Positions 19,856 to 28,890 of a DNA stretch of 64,000 nt are shown one piece after another. The notes under the pieces are model-generated. The model searched no databases. It was given only the letters and a program-made list of their open reading frames with translations, and was not told where the DNA came from. The first letter of the stretch is position 1, and every line of letters starts with the position of its first letter. The stretch comes from Candidatus Latescibacterota bacterium (GTDB lineage Bacteria; Latescibacterota; UBA2968; UBA8231), in assembly GCA_965208105.1 (NCBI GenBank), contig OZ242318.1, positions 4,000,001-4,064,000 on the forward strand, read 5' to 3'. The position numbers and the translations under genes are program-made.

Positions 19856-21802
19856 CTATTTCAGCAGGGTCATGGAGTGGGTAGCTGAAAAATCGCCGGC
19901 CTCCATCCGGTAGAAATAGGTCCCGCTGGACACGGCCTGACCGCTCTGATCGCGGCCCTCCCACACCGTCTTGTAGGCCCCCGCACTCAAGGTCTCTTCC
20001 ACAAGCTTCGCCACCTGCTGGCCCGCCGTGTTGTACACCTCGATCTTCACGAGCCCATCGGCACCGGACGGAACGGTGAACTCGATCGTGGTCGCGGGGT
20101 TGAACGGGTTGGGGTAGGCCTGGTTCAACGAGTAGCTGTCGGGCGTGCCCGCGCTTTCGACCTCTTCGACCACGGTCGCCCCAGCGCCCAGCCTGCGGCT
20201 CTGAATGTCGAAGGGCAAGTGCATCAGCATGCCCGGAGGAAACAAGTCACCAGAGTCGCTGAGTCTCCTGTGGCCATCCAGACCTATATTACCATTGACA
20301 TACAGGCCGTCCCACGGTCCCGGCTGGCCCGCATTCCTGCCCTCATAGGGCTGGCCGCCGGCTGTGGACCTGTTGTTCTGGACGAACCGGCACCACCACG
20401 AACCAGCCCTGTGAAACGGACCTTGGGTTTTGTTCAAAAAGACACGGAACATCCCGAAGCCATCCCGGGAATATCCGTCGAAGTTGTGGTCCAATATGCT
20501 GAACCTTGTAGAGGTCAAGGTGAGCTTCCCGCTCAGGTCGACCGCATGCCTGGCTGATGCGGCGAATATGCCATGCGGAAGTCCAAACTGCGCGGCCAGC
20601 TCATCGGGGATCACGTCGCCGTAAAAGTCGCCCGGGCCATTCGCCCAGATGGGATTCCCGTCGTGGTCGATCTTGACAAACCACTGGGCCCCATGTCCGT
20701 GCACGACGATCCCGCTCTCGTCAACCACCAACTGGTCCGGTCCCCGGAGGTTCTGTGTCATATTGCCGTTCTCATCAACTCCGAGCATTTGGTGGAACTC
20801 TGTTACGTCAAACTCCTGGAGGAAGGCGCCGCTGGTCTTGTCCCAGGTCTGGACCGAGGCCACCGGCGGGTCGGTTTTGCCTTGGTTCCCGGTATAGATT
20901 TTACCCCGCCAGATTTCAGCCCCGTTCAGACGGATATCCTCCTTGCGCTCAGGCCACGTGACACCATTCTCGCCCCAATCCGTGACCAGGTCCCACGTCT
21001 TGGCCGCGCGATTGATTCTCAGCTTCAAAATGGCCGGAGCCGGTTCAGGCCTCGTTATGACCGACCAAAAGATTTCCTCATCGTCGGGATCCGGACGGAT
21101 ACCGCCATTGGTTTTTTTCTCACCTTCCCAGGGGATGTTCTGGTAGAAGTTCCAGCGTTCCCAGGCATTGGGATCGGCAATGAGGTCCGTGCCAAACACT
21201 ACGCGCGCCACATTGCCAACCTCCAGACCGAACAACGGTTCGTCGACCTCCGTGGTCCAGTTCTCGGGAGGATCCTTGCGCATATCAATGACAGGGTCGA
21301 TGAAGCCCGTGCGAGCGACTGCTCCCATCAGCACAGCCTGATCGAGAGTGTTTATCCCGATCACGTCGAATTCGTAGTTGCCGGAGCCGACCGCATTACC
21401 TTGCCAATCCATGCCGTCCCAGGTTATCACGTTATTGCCCGCTTCCAGCACGGCTCCGGACTCATTCGGAACGACGTTCAGGAACAGGTCCTGCGGCTGA
21501 AAGCGGTTCACGGTGTTGTTGGGCCCGGTGAGTCCCGTCACGTTACTGCCGATCTCGTACACCCCGATCCACACCCTGGCGCGCTGGCTGAGGGTGACCG
21601 GAATGTCCACCGAGCCACTCCCGTTCCATGGCACGTCCGAGACGGATATGCGCAGGGGGTTCGGAGTCCCTGAGAGCTGGGGCTTTTCAAAAGTCTGTTC
21701 CTCGTCGGTCAACTCAGGGAAGGGATAGGCTGCGAATGTGGAGCCGCCGGCCACGAGGACTACGGCGAACGCGGCTGCCAACACAAATTGTAGTTTCTGC
21801 AT
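19856..21802 (-). CDS. Secreted protein with N-terminal FlgD-Ig-like and C-terminal T9SS-A/FlgD-like domains
   Basis: Signal peptide, ITWDGMDWQGNAVGSGNY, C-terminal SLNQAYPNPFNP..IEVYN.AGQ..WEGRDQSGQAVSSGTYFYRM. AGGAGG RBS. Confidence 0.85.
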   Translation of the reverse strand: MQKLQFVLAAAFAVVLVAGGSTFAAYPFPELTDEEQTFEKPQLSGTPNPLRISVSDVPWNGSGSVDIPVTLSQRARVWIGVYEIGSNVTGLTGPNNTVNRFQPQDLFLNVVPNESGAVLEAGNNVITWDGMDWQGNAVGSGNYEFDVIGINTLDQAVLMGAVARTGFIDPVIDMRKDPPENWTTEVDEPLFGLEVGNVARVVFGTDLIADPNAWERWNFYQNIPWEGEKKTNGGIRPDPDDEEIFWSVITRPEPAPAILKLRINRAAKTWDLVTDWGENGVTWPERKEDIRLNGAEIWRGKIYTGNQGKTDPPVASVQTWDKTSGAFLQEFDVTEFHQMLGVDENGNMTQNLRGPDQLVVDESGIVVHGHGAQWFVKIDHDGNPIWANGPGDFYGDVIPDELAAQFGLPHGIFAASARHAVDLSGKLTLTSTRFSILDHNFDGYSRDGFGMFRVFLNKTQGPFHRAGSWWCRFVQNNRSTAGGQPYEGRNAGQPGPWDGLYVNGNIGLDGHRRLSDSGDLFPPGMLMHLPFDIQSRRLGAGATVVEEVESAGTPDSYSLNQAYPNPFNPATTIEFTVPSGADGLVKIEVYNTAGQQVAKLVEETLSAGAYKTVWEGRDQSGQAVSSGTYFYRMEAGDFSATHSMTLLK

Positions 21803-21897
21803 GTCGGTTCCTCCTGATCTTTTGAGTACTGTCTGAAAATCAGCTTTCCACAACAATGAAGCACCTTGTGAAGACTCGAATCGGTACTGGCGACGTT

Positions 21898-21921
21898 TTA
21901 AACGCGCTGTCTACCCACCAT
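21898..21921 (-). other. Possible 7-codon upstream ORF (MVGRQRV*) in the riboswitch leader
   Basis: AAGGAGG Shine-Dalgarno 8 nt before ATG. Confidence 0.35.
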
Positions 21922-21970
21922 GGGCACCACCTCCTTCGGTCGACGCCAACAAAAGACCGCACCTACCTAT

Positions 21971-22090
21971 CTTCGGCAGTGCGGCTATCCTTAGGTGATC
22001 GGCATTCCCTCTCTACTCCCAACTCTACCCCGTCGGTCAGATGAGGACCGGTACCTTTGCGTCCTACGCTTTCACGTAGTTTGCCTTTGT
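21971..22090 (-). ncRNA. c-di-GMP-I (GEMM-I) riboswitch with enlarged P3 loop
   Basis: Minus strand reads AAAGGCAAA-CTACGT-GAAA-GCGTAG-GACGCAAAG-GTACCGGTCCT...AGGATAGCCGCACTGCCGAAG, matching the family consensus. Confidence 0.88.
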
Positions 22091-22108
22091 CAAGTTTGTC
22101 AAGTATAC

Positions 22109-22137
22109 ATTGTAGCTCCATTTTTAATGATTGTCAA
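22109..22137 (-). promoter_or_regulatory. Sigma70 promoter driving the riboswitch leader
   Basis: TTGACA-17 bp-TACAAT immediately upstream of the aptamer. Confidence 0.8.
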
Positions 22138-22196
22138 CATTTATTTGTAACGGTCAACTTTATTATTTGCACTGTCGTGACTGGCTGTCGAGGCCT

Positions 22197-24185
22197 TCAC
22201 TGCGGCCATCCGTGGACGTAATGTCCGGCGGTGGGAAACCAGACGAAATCGACTGCGGTGGATAGTATCACCCCCAGCACGTAGCCGATCCCCAATCCAT
22301 AGAAGAAGGGTTTTCCCGCCAGGTAGGCTCGAACTCCGCCGTAGTGCAGCAGGGTCAGTTTGATAAGCCAGACCGCGAAGATATTTGCTCCGTACCACCA
22401 GGTGGCATGGGTGTACTGGAAGATCAGACCGATGGGATGGATCGGAAACCAGTGAAACCTGGCGCGCAGGAAGGTGATGGACGCGGCCTCGAAAAAGCCG
22501 CTCCACCAGATGGCCCACTTGCCCCAGTGGGGCGTGATCGGATTTTCGAGCAGGTGGACGATCCCATCGTAGAAGAACACAGGGCTGCGGCTGCGGTCCG
22601 TACCGTCCGCATAGGAAAGCTCGAGGACCCCCCACACGGCCACGCCGAAGCCGACCACAAACGAGATGAAGACAGCGGACGTGACCCAGGCGGGTTGGAA
22701 CCTGAAGGAGAAGATCCGCAGGTGGTGGGCGATCGCCGGCCACGCTGGAATGCAGAACCCTCCGAAAAAAGCGTAACTGGTGAACATCTTGTACGGCACC
22801 AATTTCTCGGTCGACACGTAGACAGAGCCCATCAGCTCCAGGAAGAACGACTCCCCCTTCAGATAGGACCGGTTGGGATAGATGTAGGCGATGCCGCTGG
22901 CGGCCACCAGTTTTACCGCGACAAAGTACACCAGGGTCATCAGCGCAAAGCTCCCCAATGCCAGGGAGAGGCTCACCCCCAGATGCATGGCCCATGCGAT
23001 GACGTAGACCGCCGCCAGGACCATGCCGACCACGGCCAGGCGGTAGCTCCGGACCTCGCGGGGATCGCCCGCGCCGCTCTTCACCTGGCGCCACACCTGC
23101 CGCAGATAGCTGCGGGCGATCCAGATCGACCACAGCCCCACAAAGATTATAGCCCCGTTGCTCTCGGTGTGAAGGATCATCTGACTGTCGAGAAACTTCC
23201 ACCCGGAGAAGTCCAGGCTCGGAGTGCCGAAGCGCTTCATCAGCCCCAACTTGATAGTGGCGATCCAGTGGAAGAGCACCATGCTGCCCAGAATATCCAC
23301 CGGGCACAGGTAGATGACCATCATCATCAGCGGCATCAGGCGGATATATCCCACAATGAAACCGTCGCCGAGATTGTAGACATAGTGGGTCCAGAACAGG
23401 CCGATCGACGGCAGCCCCGTGATGAAATAGGTGCCAATGTTGTAGAGTTGGAGCAGAAACACCACGCCGAAACCGATCCAGAAGAGCCGTTTGTAGAAGA
23501 TGTCCGGAAAGCGGCGCTTGCTGTCGAAACCTTCGGTCACGTCTACGGGCAGTTGTGCCAGCGGAAAGGTAAGCTTTTCGGCGTCCTGCCATTGGCGCTG
23601 GAAAACCACTAGAAGACAGTAGCCGAACACCATCATGGCTACCGAGACTCCCATCCAGCTCGCGATCGGCTCCAGCCACCCGTCCCAGGGAATGGCCATG
23701 CCCTCGGGCAGGCCGTACCAGAAATAGTCGATCACCCGCGAGGTCGTGGGGGGCAGGACGTGCCAGGGCAGGTAGTCGAAGAAGCTCTCGGCCCAGCGAT
23801 TTTCAGCGTTGGCAAAATGGGCCGGGGTCGCCAGGATCGAGGCCAGGGACGGGATCCACACCGGAATTGCGGCCACCACCCAGGTCATGGAGAAGAGGGT
23901 CAGCATTTCACCCCGCCGCAGTGCCGTGCGCGGCCGAACGAGCTTGAGTGCCGCGTTGGCTACGAGCCAGAGTACGAAGGGCATGAACGCCGCGATGGGG
24001 TACTGCGATTGAACGTACCGACCTGAACCCTGGCGTTGGGCGATTAGAATGATGTAGAAGAACATCGCCGCAATGGTCAACACGCCCAGGACCACCGCGC
24101 GGAGGGTAATCAGGGGCGGGCCGGACCGAGCGGACCCCTTTATTTCTTCCGAAGTCTCCAACGCGGGCTGTCGCCTTCGAACCAT
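22197..24185 (-). CDS. Polytopic membrane protein, DUF6785/DUF6784-like (paralog of 2703-4679)
   Basis: QWQDAEKLTFPLAQLP, RFHWFPIHPIG, GKPFFYGL. Collinear with the first copy. Confidence 0.8.
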   Translation of the reverse strand: MVRRRQPALETSEEIKGSARSGPPLITLRAVVLGVLTIAAMFFYIILIAQRQGSGRYVQSQYPIAAFMPFVLWLVANAALKLVRPRTALRRGEMLTLFSMTWVVAAIPVWIPSLASILATPAHFANAENRWAESFFDYLPWHVLPPTTSRVIDYFWYGLPEGMAIPWDGWLEPIASWMGVSVAMMVFGYCLLVVFQRQWQDAEKLTFPLAQLPVDVTEGFDSKRRFPDIFYKRLFWIGFGVVFLLQLYNIGTYFITGLPSIGLFWTHYVYNLGDGFIVGYIRLMPLMMMVIYLCPVDILGSMVLFHWIATIKLGLMKRFGTPSLDFSGWKFLDSQMILHTESNGAIIFVGLWSIWIARSYLRQVWRQVKSGAGDPREVRSYRLAVVGMVLAAVYVIAWAMHLGVSLSLALGSFALMTLVYFVAVKLVAASGIAYIYPNRSYLKGESFFLELMGSVYVSTEKLVPYKMFTSYAFFGGFCIPAWPAIAHHLRIFSFRFQPAWVTSAVFISFVVGFGVAVWGVLELSYADGTDRSRSPVFFYDGIVHLLENPITPHWGKWAIWWSGFFEAASITFLRARFHWFPIHPIGLIFQYTHATWWYGANIFAVWLIKLTLLHYGGVRAYLAGKPFFYGLGIGYVLGVILSTAVDFVWFPTAGHYVHGWPQ

Positions 24186-24263
24186 GACGCGCAACTCAAG
24201 TTTGATTAATCCGGTTTGTGGACATTCTTGCAGGCCGGTTCATTGCCAGCTAAATTAGCGTTC

Positions 24264-25358
24264 ATGGCGATGCTACTTTCTGTAGTGATGATATGCTGCT
24301 TCCTGGGTTCTGCTCAATGCTCCAGGGAGTCGAACCAAAAAGGCTCCCACTACACCGGCAAGGGCCCACGCTTCGACCTCAAAACGGCCGCGGCGTACTA
24401 CGAACTCGGCAAAAGGCTCAACTCTCAGGGCGATGTTGCCGGCGCCCTGAGAGCCTTCCAGCAGGCCGTTCGTATGGATCCTGAGTACGCCCCTGGCTAC
24501 TACGGAGTGGGTACGATCTTCTACAACGGCCGCGAGTTCGATCGCGCCATCGAGGCGTATCGCCAGGCCATAAGCGTCGACCCCACCCACATCAATGCCC
24601 ATTACAACCTGGGGCACGCCCTTAAGGAAAAGGATGACCTGGACGGCGCAAAATGGGCCTTTCGCCAGACCATTCGCCTGGATCCAAAATTTACCCGCGC
24701 GCGCAACAGTCTGGGTTCAATTTTTCTCGAGCAGGGCCGCAAGGACAGCGCCGTGCATGAATTTCGGGAAGGGCTCCGCTACGATCCCGATAATGCCAGC
24801 CTCCACACAAACCTGGGTGTCGCGCTGTGGCAGGAGCGCGATCTGGACGGCGCGGCGGAGGTGCTGGGTGCAGCCATTCGCCTCGATTCCAACCATGGCA
24901 GGGCCCACTACGTGCTGGGCAACATCCTGAAAGAGCAGAACGACCTGGAGGGGGCTATTGTGCATTACCGTGCAGCCATCAGGCTGGCCCCCGCGCACTC
25001 CGCCAATGCCCACTACCACCTCGCCCTGGCACTTAGAAAGAAGGGAGAAGTAGACGAGGCAATCCGTAGCTTCCGCCACGTCGTCCGGCTCGATCCCGGT
25101 CACAGCCGCGCCTACAACAATCTGGCCGCGACCCTTTATCAGCAGGGGAACAGCAAGGCGGCAGCCCGCGAGTACCGACAAGCCATCCACATCAAGCCCG
25201 ATTTCGCCGGTGCCCGTCTTGGTCTGGCGACCATCCTCATAGAACAGGGAGAGAGGGACGCCGCCATAGAACAGTACCGCGAAATCGTTCGCACAGGCGA
25301 CGACCAATACCTGCAGGACATGAGCGCAAAGATCCTCCTCTCCCTGGGCGAGCTGTGA
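24264..25358 (+). CDS. TPR-repeat protein with N-terminal signal/anchor
   Basis: Tandem 34-aa repeats (A..NLG..L...G....A...FR.AI.LDP). Confidence 0.9.
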   Translation: MAMLLSVVMICCFLGSAQCSRESNQKGSHYTGKGPRFDLKTAAAYYELGKRLNSQGDVAGALRAFQQAVRMDPEYAPGYYGVGTIFYNGREFDRAIEAYRQAISVDPTHINAHYNLGHALKEKDDLDGAKWAFRQTIRLDPKFTRARNSLGSIFLEQGRKDSAVHEFREGLRYDPDNASLHTNLGVALWQERDLDGAAEVLGAAIRLDSNHGRAHYVLGNILKEQNDLEGAIVHYRAAIRLAPAHSANAHYHLALALRKKGEVDEAIRSFRHVVRLDPGHSRAYNNLAATLYQQGNSKAAAREYRQAIHIKPDFAGARLGLATILIEQGERDAAIEQYREIVRTGDDQYLQDMSAKILLSLGEL

Positions 25359-25529
25359 GTAAGTCTCAGGGCTTGGACTAACGGCGGGAATTTCCGTATA
25401 GGCTCTTATCCTTGGCAATATCGCCGGCTTCGTGGATCCTGATCGCTGTCATTATTCGTCCACGTTCCTGTGTCCGGGAACGCGGTCCCGAGTGCACTTC
25501 GGCCTGCGCACCTGGGCCTTAGGCTCACG

Positions 25530-28502
25530 CTAAAGCAGAGTGCCGAAATTGGGGAAACCTATGAGCGCTCTAACGAAGAACGACATCCCATCCAACCCCT
25601 CTGTTCGCCTCAGGCGATCGTCGAAGTTCGTCTCGTCGCGAACAAAACCGATTATCGTCGTTAGATCGTAGCCGAAAAAGCGCGACCGGTTGGTCACGGT
25701 GAAAATGGCCGTTCGTCGGTCATAACTCCCGGATGGGTGCGCACGGTCCTCCAGCCGATACGGCAATGGTCCAATGCCCTGTATTCCTGCACCCAGGGTC
25801 GTGCGGGGCAGCAGTGGATAGCTTAGTTGCACGATTGGGATCGTCTCGAACTCCCAGCGAATGGTCAGGTCCCGCTGCTGGTCGACGAAGCGCAGGAGCT
25901 GAAATTTGAATTTCGGCTGCACGCTCAACGCCCCCAGCCTCCATGTGTAATCCACCCGGCTGACCGTGGTCCAGTGATCCAACCGGCTACCTCGCTGGAA
26001 GAGTCCTCCGGGCAGGTGCCCGCCCTGCTGCCAGTTGAGCCGCAGGCGCAGCTTCTGCACTACATTGAAGGTCGACCAGGGCCGTAGTCTTCCTTCGAGG
26101 TATGTCTCGTTGACAAAACTATCCTTGTAGAACAGCGGATCCGCCCGCATCCGGCCCGGAAACGCCGGCAAATCGGTGAGGAGACCGCCACCGCGTACGT
26201 ATTGGGTGTGCAGAGTTCGAGTAAAATTGCGTCGCTCCACGATCGCGTTGTATGCATCCGGGATATCGTCCTGGACCCGGCGAAGGTGGTTCTCGAAAAA
26301 CAGACGTCGGACGCGATGAACCCCGTCTCTGCGGTAGATCAAAATCGCGTAGGTGGATTTGTTGCGCCCTGCGCCGGCGATCTCTTCAACCGCATATCGC
26401 CCGGCGGCCAGGGACCAGTGACGGCTTAAATCCATCTGCCCAAAGAGATGAAATCCGCGCTGGTCCGAGTCATACGGATAGTCGGGGTCCAGGTCGTCTT
26501 CGCGGTGATCGGGCTCATTGTTGTTGTTGCGATCCAGGCCGTAGACGTACTCGTTCGGCTCCACATAATACATCAGAAACGGCTCGTCATAGTCCGGTTG
26601 CAGGTTGTGGTTGCGGTTGGTATCGGGAATACCGTCGCCGTCCTCATCCTGGCTCAGATAGACCCCGTCCGGATCGACGCCGCGCGTGTCGTATATGGAG
26701 GAGGTGAGGATGTTGCCGATCCTCTTGTCGGGGAACCCGTCGCCATCCTCGTTGTCCTGTGACAGATCCCAGTAGATCGTATTGTTGACCACGCCATTTA
26801 TGGGGCTCAGGGGATGCAGGTCCCCTCCATCCGGCCGCAGGAAACTGCGCATCGAGGTCCGGTAGGTCGGGTTCATGGAGAAGTACTCGCCGCCCAGCCG
26901 CCAACGTCCGAACCATCGCGTCGCATTGATGAAATAGGCCGAGCCGCGATCGGCAAAGCGCGGACTCTCATCGAACAGGGGCTCCCCTGCCCTCTGCGCC
27001 GGATAGCGGGCGTAGAGGGCCGAGCGCGCGTACTCGCCGTTGATCTCCAGTCCCGCCAGTCGCAAGTTGAAATCCGTGCCGTAGATGAAGATTGCGGTGT
27101 TCTCACCCACCTTGAAGCGCACCGTTTTCAGGTTCGACATGTCCTGCACATTCCCTTCGGCGCGCTCGCCGGTGGCATAGAAGGTGCTATTGAATCGCCC
27201 CACATAGTCAGTGGCGTGCGGATTTGCCATGCTCAGGGTCGCCGTCTCCACCCGGTAATCATTGCCCACGACAGCCTCCACCTCTACTTCTTCGACGTGG
27301 TGTTCCTGCGACACGTCGAAGAGGTAGACCAGTTGGTCGTCTCCGTCAGCGCGCAGTACCGCCTCGGGTGATTCCAGTGCAAAATTTGCCACCAGTCCTT
27401 CGAGATTCGTCTGGTTGCTTACGTCGATCCCGTTGGCGTGATCCAGGCGGTAGAGATAGTCGGCAAACACTGGAATCTCGTCCCGACCCCGGAAGAAGAG
27501 AGGTTGTGGAATTACGCCGCCGCCCTTATAAGCGTAGTTGACCCTTTCGTAGCCGCTCGCAGCAAATTCTCCGGTCAGCCGTGAAAGCTTACCCACCTGG
27601 GATGGTACCCTGGCAATATGCCGTACGACCTGGGCTCGGATATCCGGCCGCACCTGGCCATTGATCACCAGCTGCACCTGCTGCACTACAGCACCGCCTC
27701 TGCCATCTGCAGGCGAGTCGTCCACAAAGCGCACAATGACCCACTCGATCAAAGGCTGGTCAGGCCGCAGCCGGCCCTTGAGACTGTTGCCCGGCTGCGT
27801 GCTATTGTACACATGCAGGTTCACTCCGTTGACACCCACGCGAAGCCCACCAACCTCAGTCTGCAAGCGGCCGCCCAGGAGGAGGCTGGAATCCTCGGCG
27901 AACTGGGTTTGCCACTGGTGCCACTGAGCGTTCGGCGAGACGTTGTGAGGTAAAGTGAAATGGGGCCTTTCGATGCGGGATGCCAGGGCGGTGAACTCTA
28001 GCTGGGGAAGGGCCCCATCCAGGCGCATTCCCTTGAAATCGGTCATCGACAGGGTCAGAGGCGTAAAGCGCGCCGTGAGCGCATCCCCTACCATTAGACT
28101 ATAGTTCCAACTACCGTACCCGTCATGCCCTACTGCGACGTACCCGAACACCTCGCTCCAGCTAAGCTCTTCTTTGAAGATCTGGCTTCCATAGTTTTGA
28201 CCATGCCTGCGGTGCTCAAGCCAGCTGTACAGGTCGTATCCCGTGGTGAGATACTCCCCGGTATGGCCATAGAAGGCCTTGGGAGTATCTTCATAGGGAG
28301 CTGTGTGGTTTGGGTAGTTTTCGAACGGTTGGAAAGCGTAGTTGCGGTAAGGCGGCAGGTTCCGCCGCAGAAAGGTCTGCGCCGGCTCAATTTCACGTAC
28401 GGATAAACGCGGCTGCTCCCCTGGGCTGCTCTCTGATTCGACGATCCAGGTTGCGAGCAGGAAGAGGCATCCCAAAATCGTACGGACCGGGAAAGGTGCC
28501 AT
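25530..28502 (-). CDS. Large exported/outer-membrane hypothetical protein with acidic Ca-binding-like repeats
   Basis: 990-aa ORF with signal-like N terminus, DNEDGDGFPD, DEDGDGIPDTNRNHN and DRNNNNEPD motifs, and beta-strand-like C-terminal region. Confidence 0.75.
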   Translation of the reverse strand: MAPFPVRTILGCLFLLATWIVESESSPGEQPRLSVREIEPAQTFLRRNLPPYRNYAFQPFENYPNHTAPYEDTPKAFYGHTGEYLTTGYDLYSWLEHRRHGQNYGSQIFKEELSWSEVFGYVAVGHDGYGSWNYSLMVGDALTARFTPLTLSMTDFKGMRLDGALPQLEFTALASRIERPHFTLPHNVSPNAQWHQWQTQFAEDSSLLLGGRLQTEVGGLRVGVNGVNLHVYNSTQPGNSLKGRLRPDQPLIEWVIVRFVDDSPADGRGGAVVQQVQLVINGQVRPDIRAQVVRHIARVPSQVGKLSRLTGEFAASGYERVNYAYKGGGVIPQPLFFRGRDEIPVFADYLYRLDHANGIDVSNQTNLEGLVANFALESPEAVLRADGDDQLVYLFDVSQEHHVEEVEVEAVVGNDYRVETATLSMANPHATDYVGRFNSTFYATGERAEGNVQDMSNLKTVRFKVGENTAIFIYGTDFNLRLAGLEINGEYARSALYARYPAQRAGEPLFDESPRFADRGSAYFINATRWFGRWRLGGEYFSMNPTYRTSMRSFLRPDGGDLHPLSPINGVVNNTIYWDLSQDNEDGDGFPDKRIGNILTSSIYDTRGVDPDGVYLSQDEDGDGIPDTNRNHNLQPDYDEPFLMYYVEPNEYVYGLDRNNNNEPDHREDDLDPDYPYDSDQRGFHLFGQMDLSRHWSLAAGRYAVEEIAGAGRNKSTYAILIYRRDGVHRVRRLFFENHLRRVQDDIPDAYNAIVERRNFTRTLHTQYVRGGGLLTDLPAFPGRMRADPLFYKDSFVNETYLEGRLRPWSTFNVVQKLRLRLNWQQGGHLPGGLFQRGSRLDHWTTVSRVDYTWRLGALSVQPKFKFQLLRFVDQQRDLTIRWEFETIPIVQLSYPLLPRTTLGAGIQGIGPLPYRLEDRAHPSGSYDRRTAIFTVTNRSRFFGYDLTTIIGFVRDETNFDDRLRRTEGLDGMSFFVRALIGFPNFGTLL

Positions 28503-28571
28503 AGTCCCAATCCTCTACAGGCGGAACCTCAGGTCCTGGCGAATGTATCCTGTGGCTTCTCCGGAAGAACT

Positions 28572-28603
28572 AAACGACCCTCGCCTATAAGGCGAGGGGT
28601 TTC
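28572..28603. repeat. Isolated palindrome resembling an IS200/IS605 end or REP-like hairpin
   Basis: AAACGA-CCCTCGCC-TATAA-GGCGAGGG-GTTTC. No transposase nearby. Confidence 0.35.
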
Positions 28604-28890
28604 CACCACCTCGAGCAAGAAACTAATGCAATTTGCAGCTTGTTGTTTTTCGAACTATCGATTCTGAGGCGGGCACCCTATGCGCGGATTCTTAAACGGC
28701 GAATATAGTGACCAGGGGTTGCATTGTCAACTCAGCTTGTCCGGTGCCATTCACGATAAGGATAGGGAATGTCCCACGCGGTGCCATGCATGGAAAAAGG
28801 CGCCACCACTACTTGACCGGCTGCGAAAAGGCCCTTAATAATTTCTGTGTTCCGACCTGAGCCGCGCCGGACCGCGACTGGACCGATCCG

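Noticed and set aside
22005-22032. G-quadruplex in the riboswitch insert
   Set aside because: Only three runs of three or more G on the transcribed strand; insufficient for a canonical G4.
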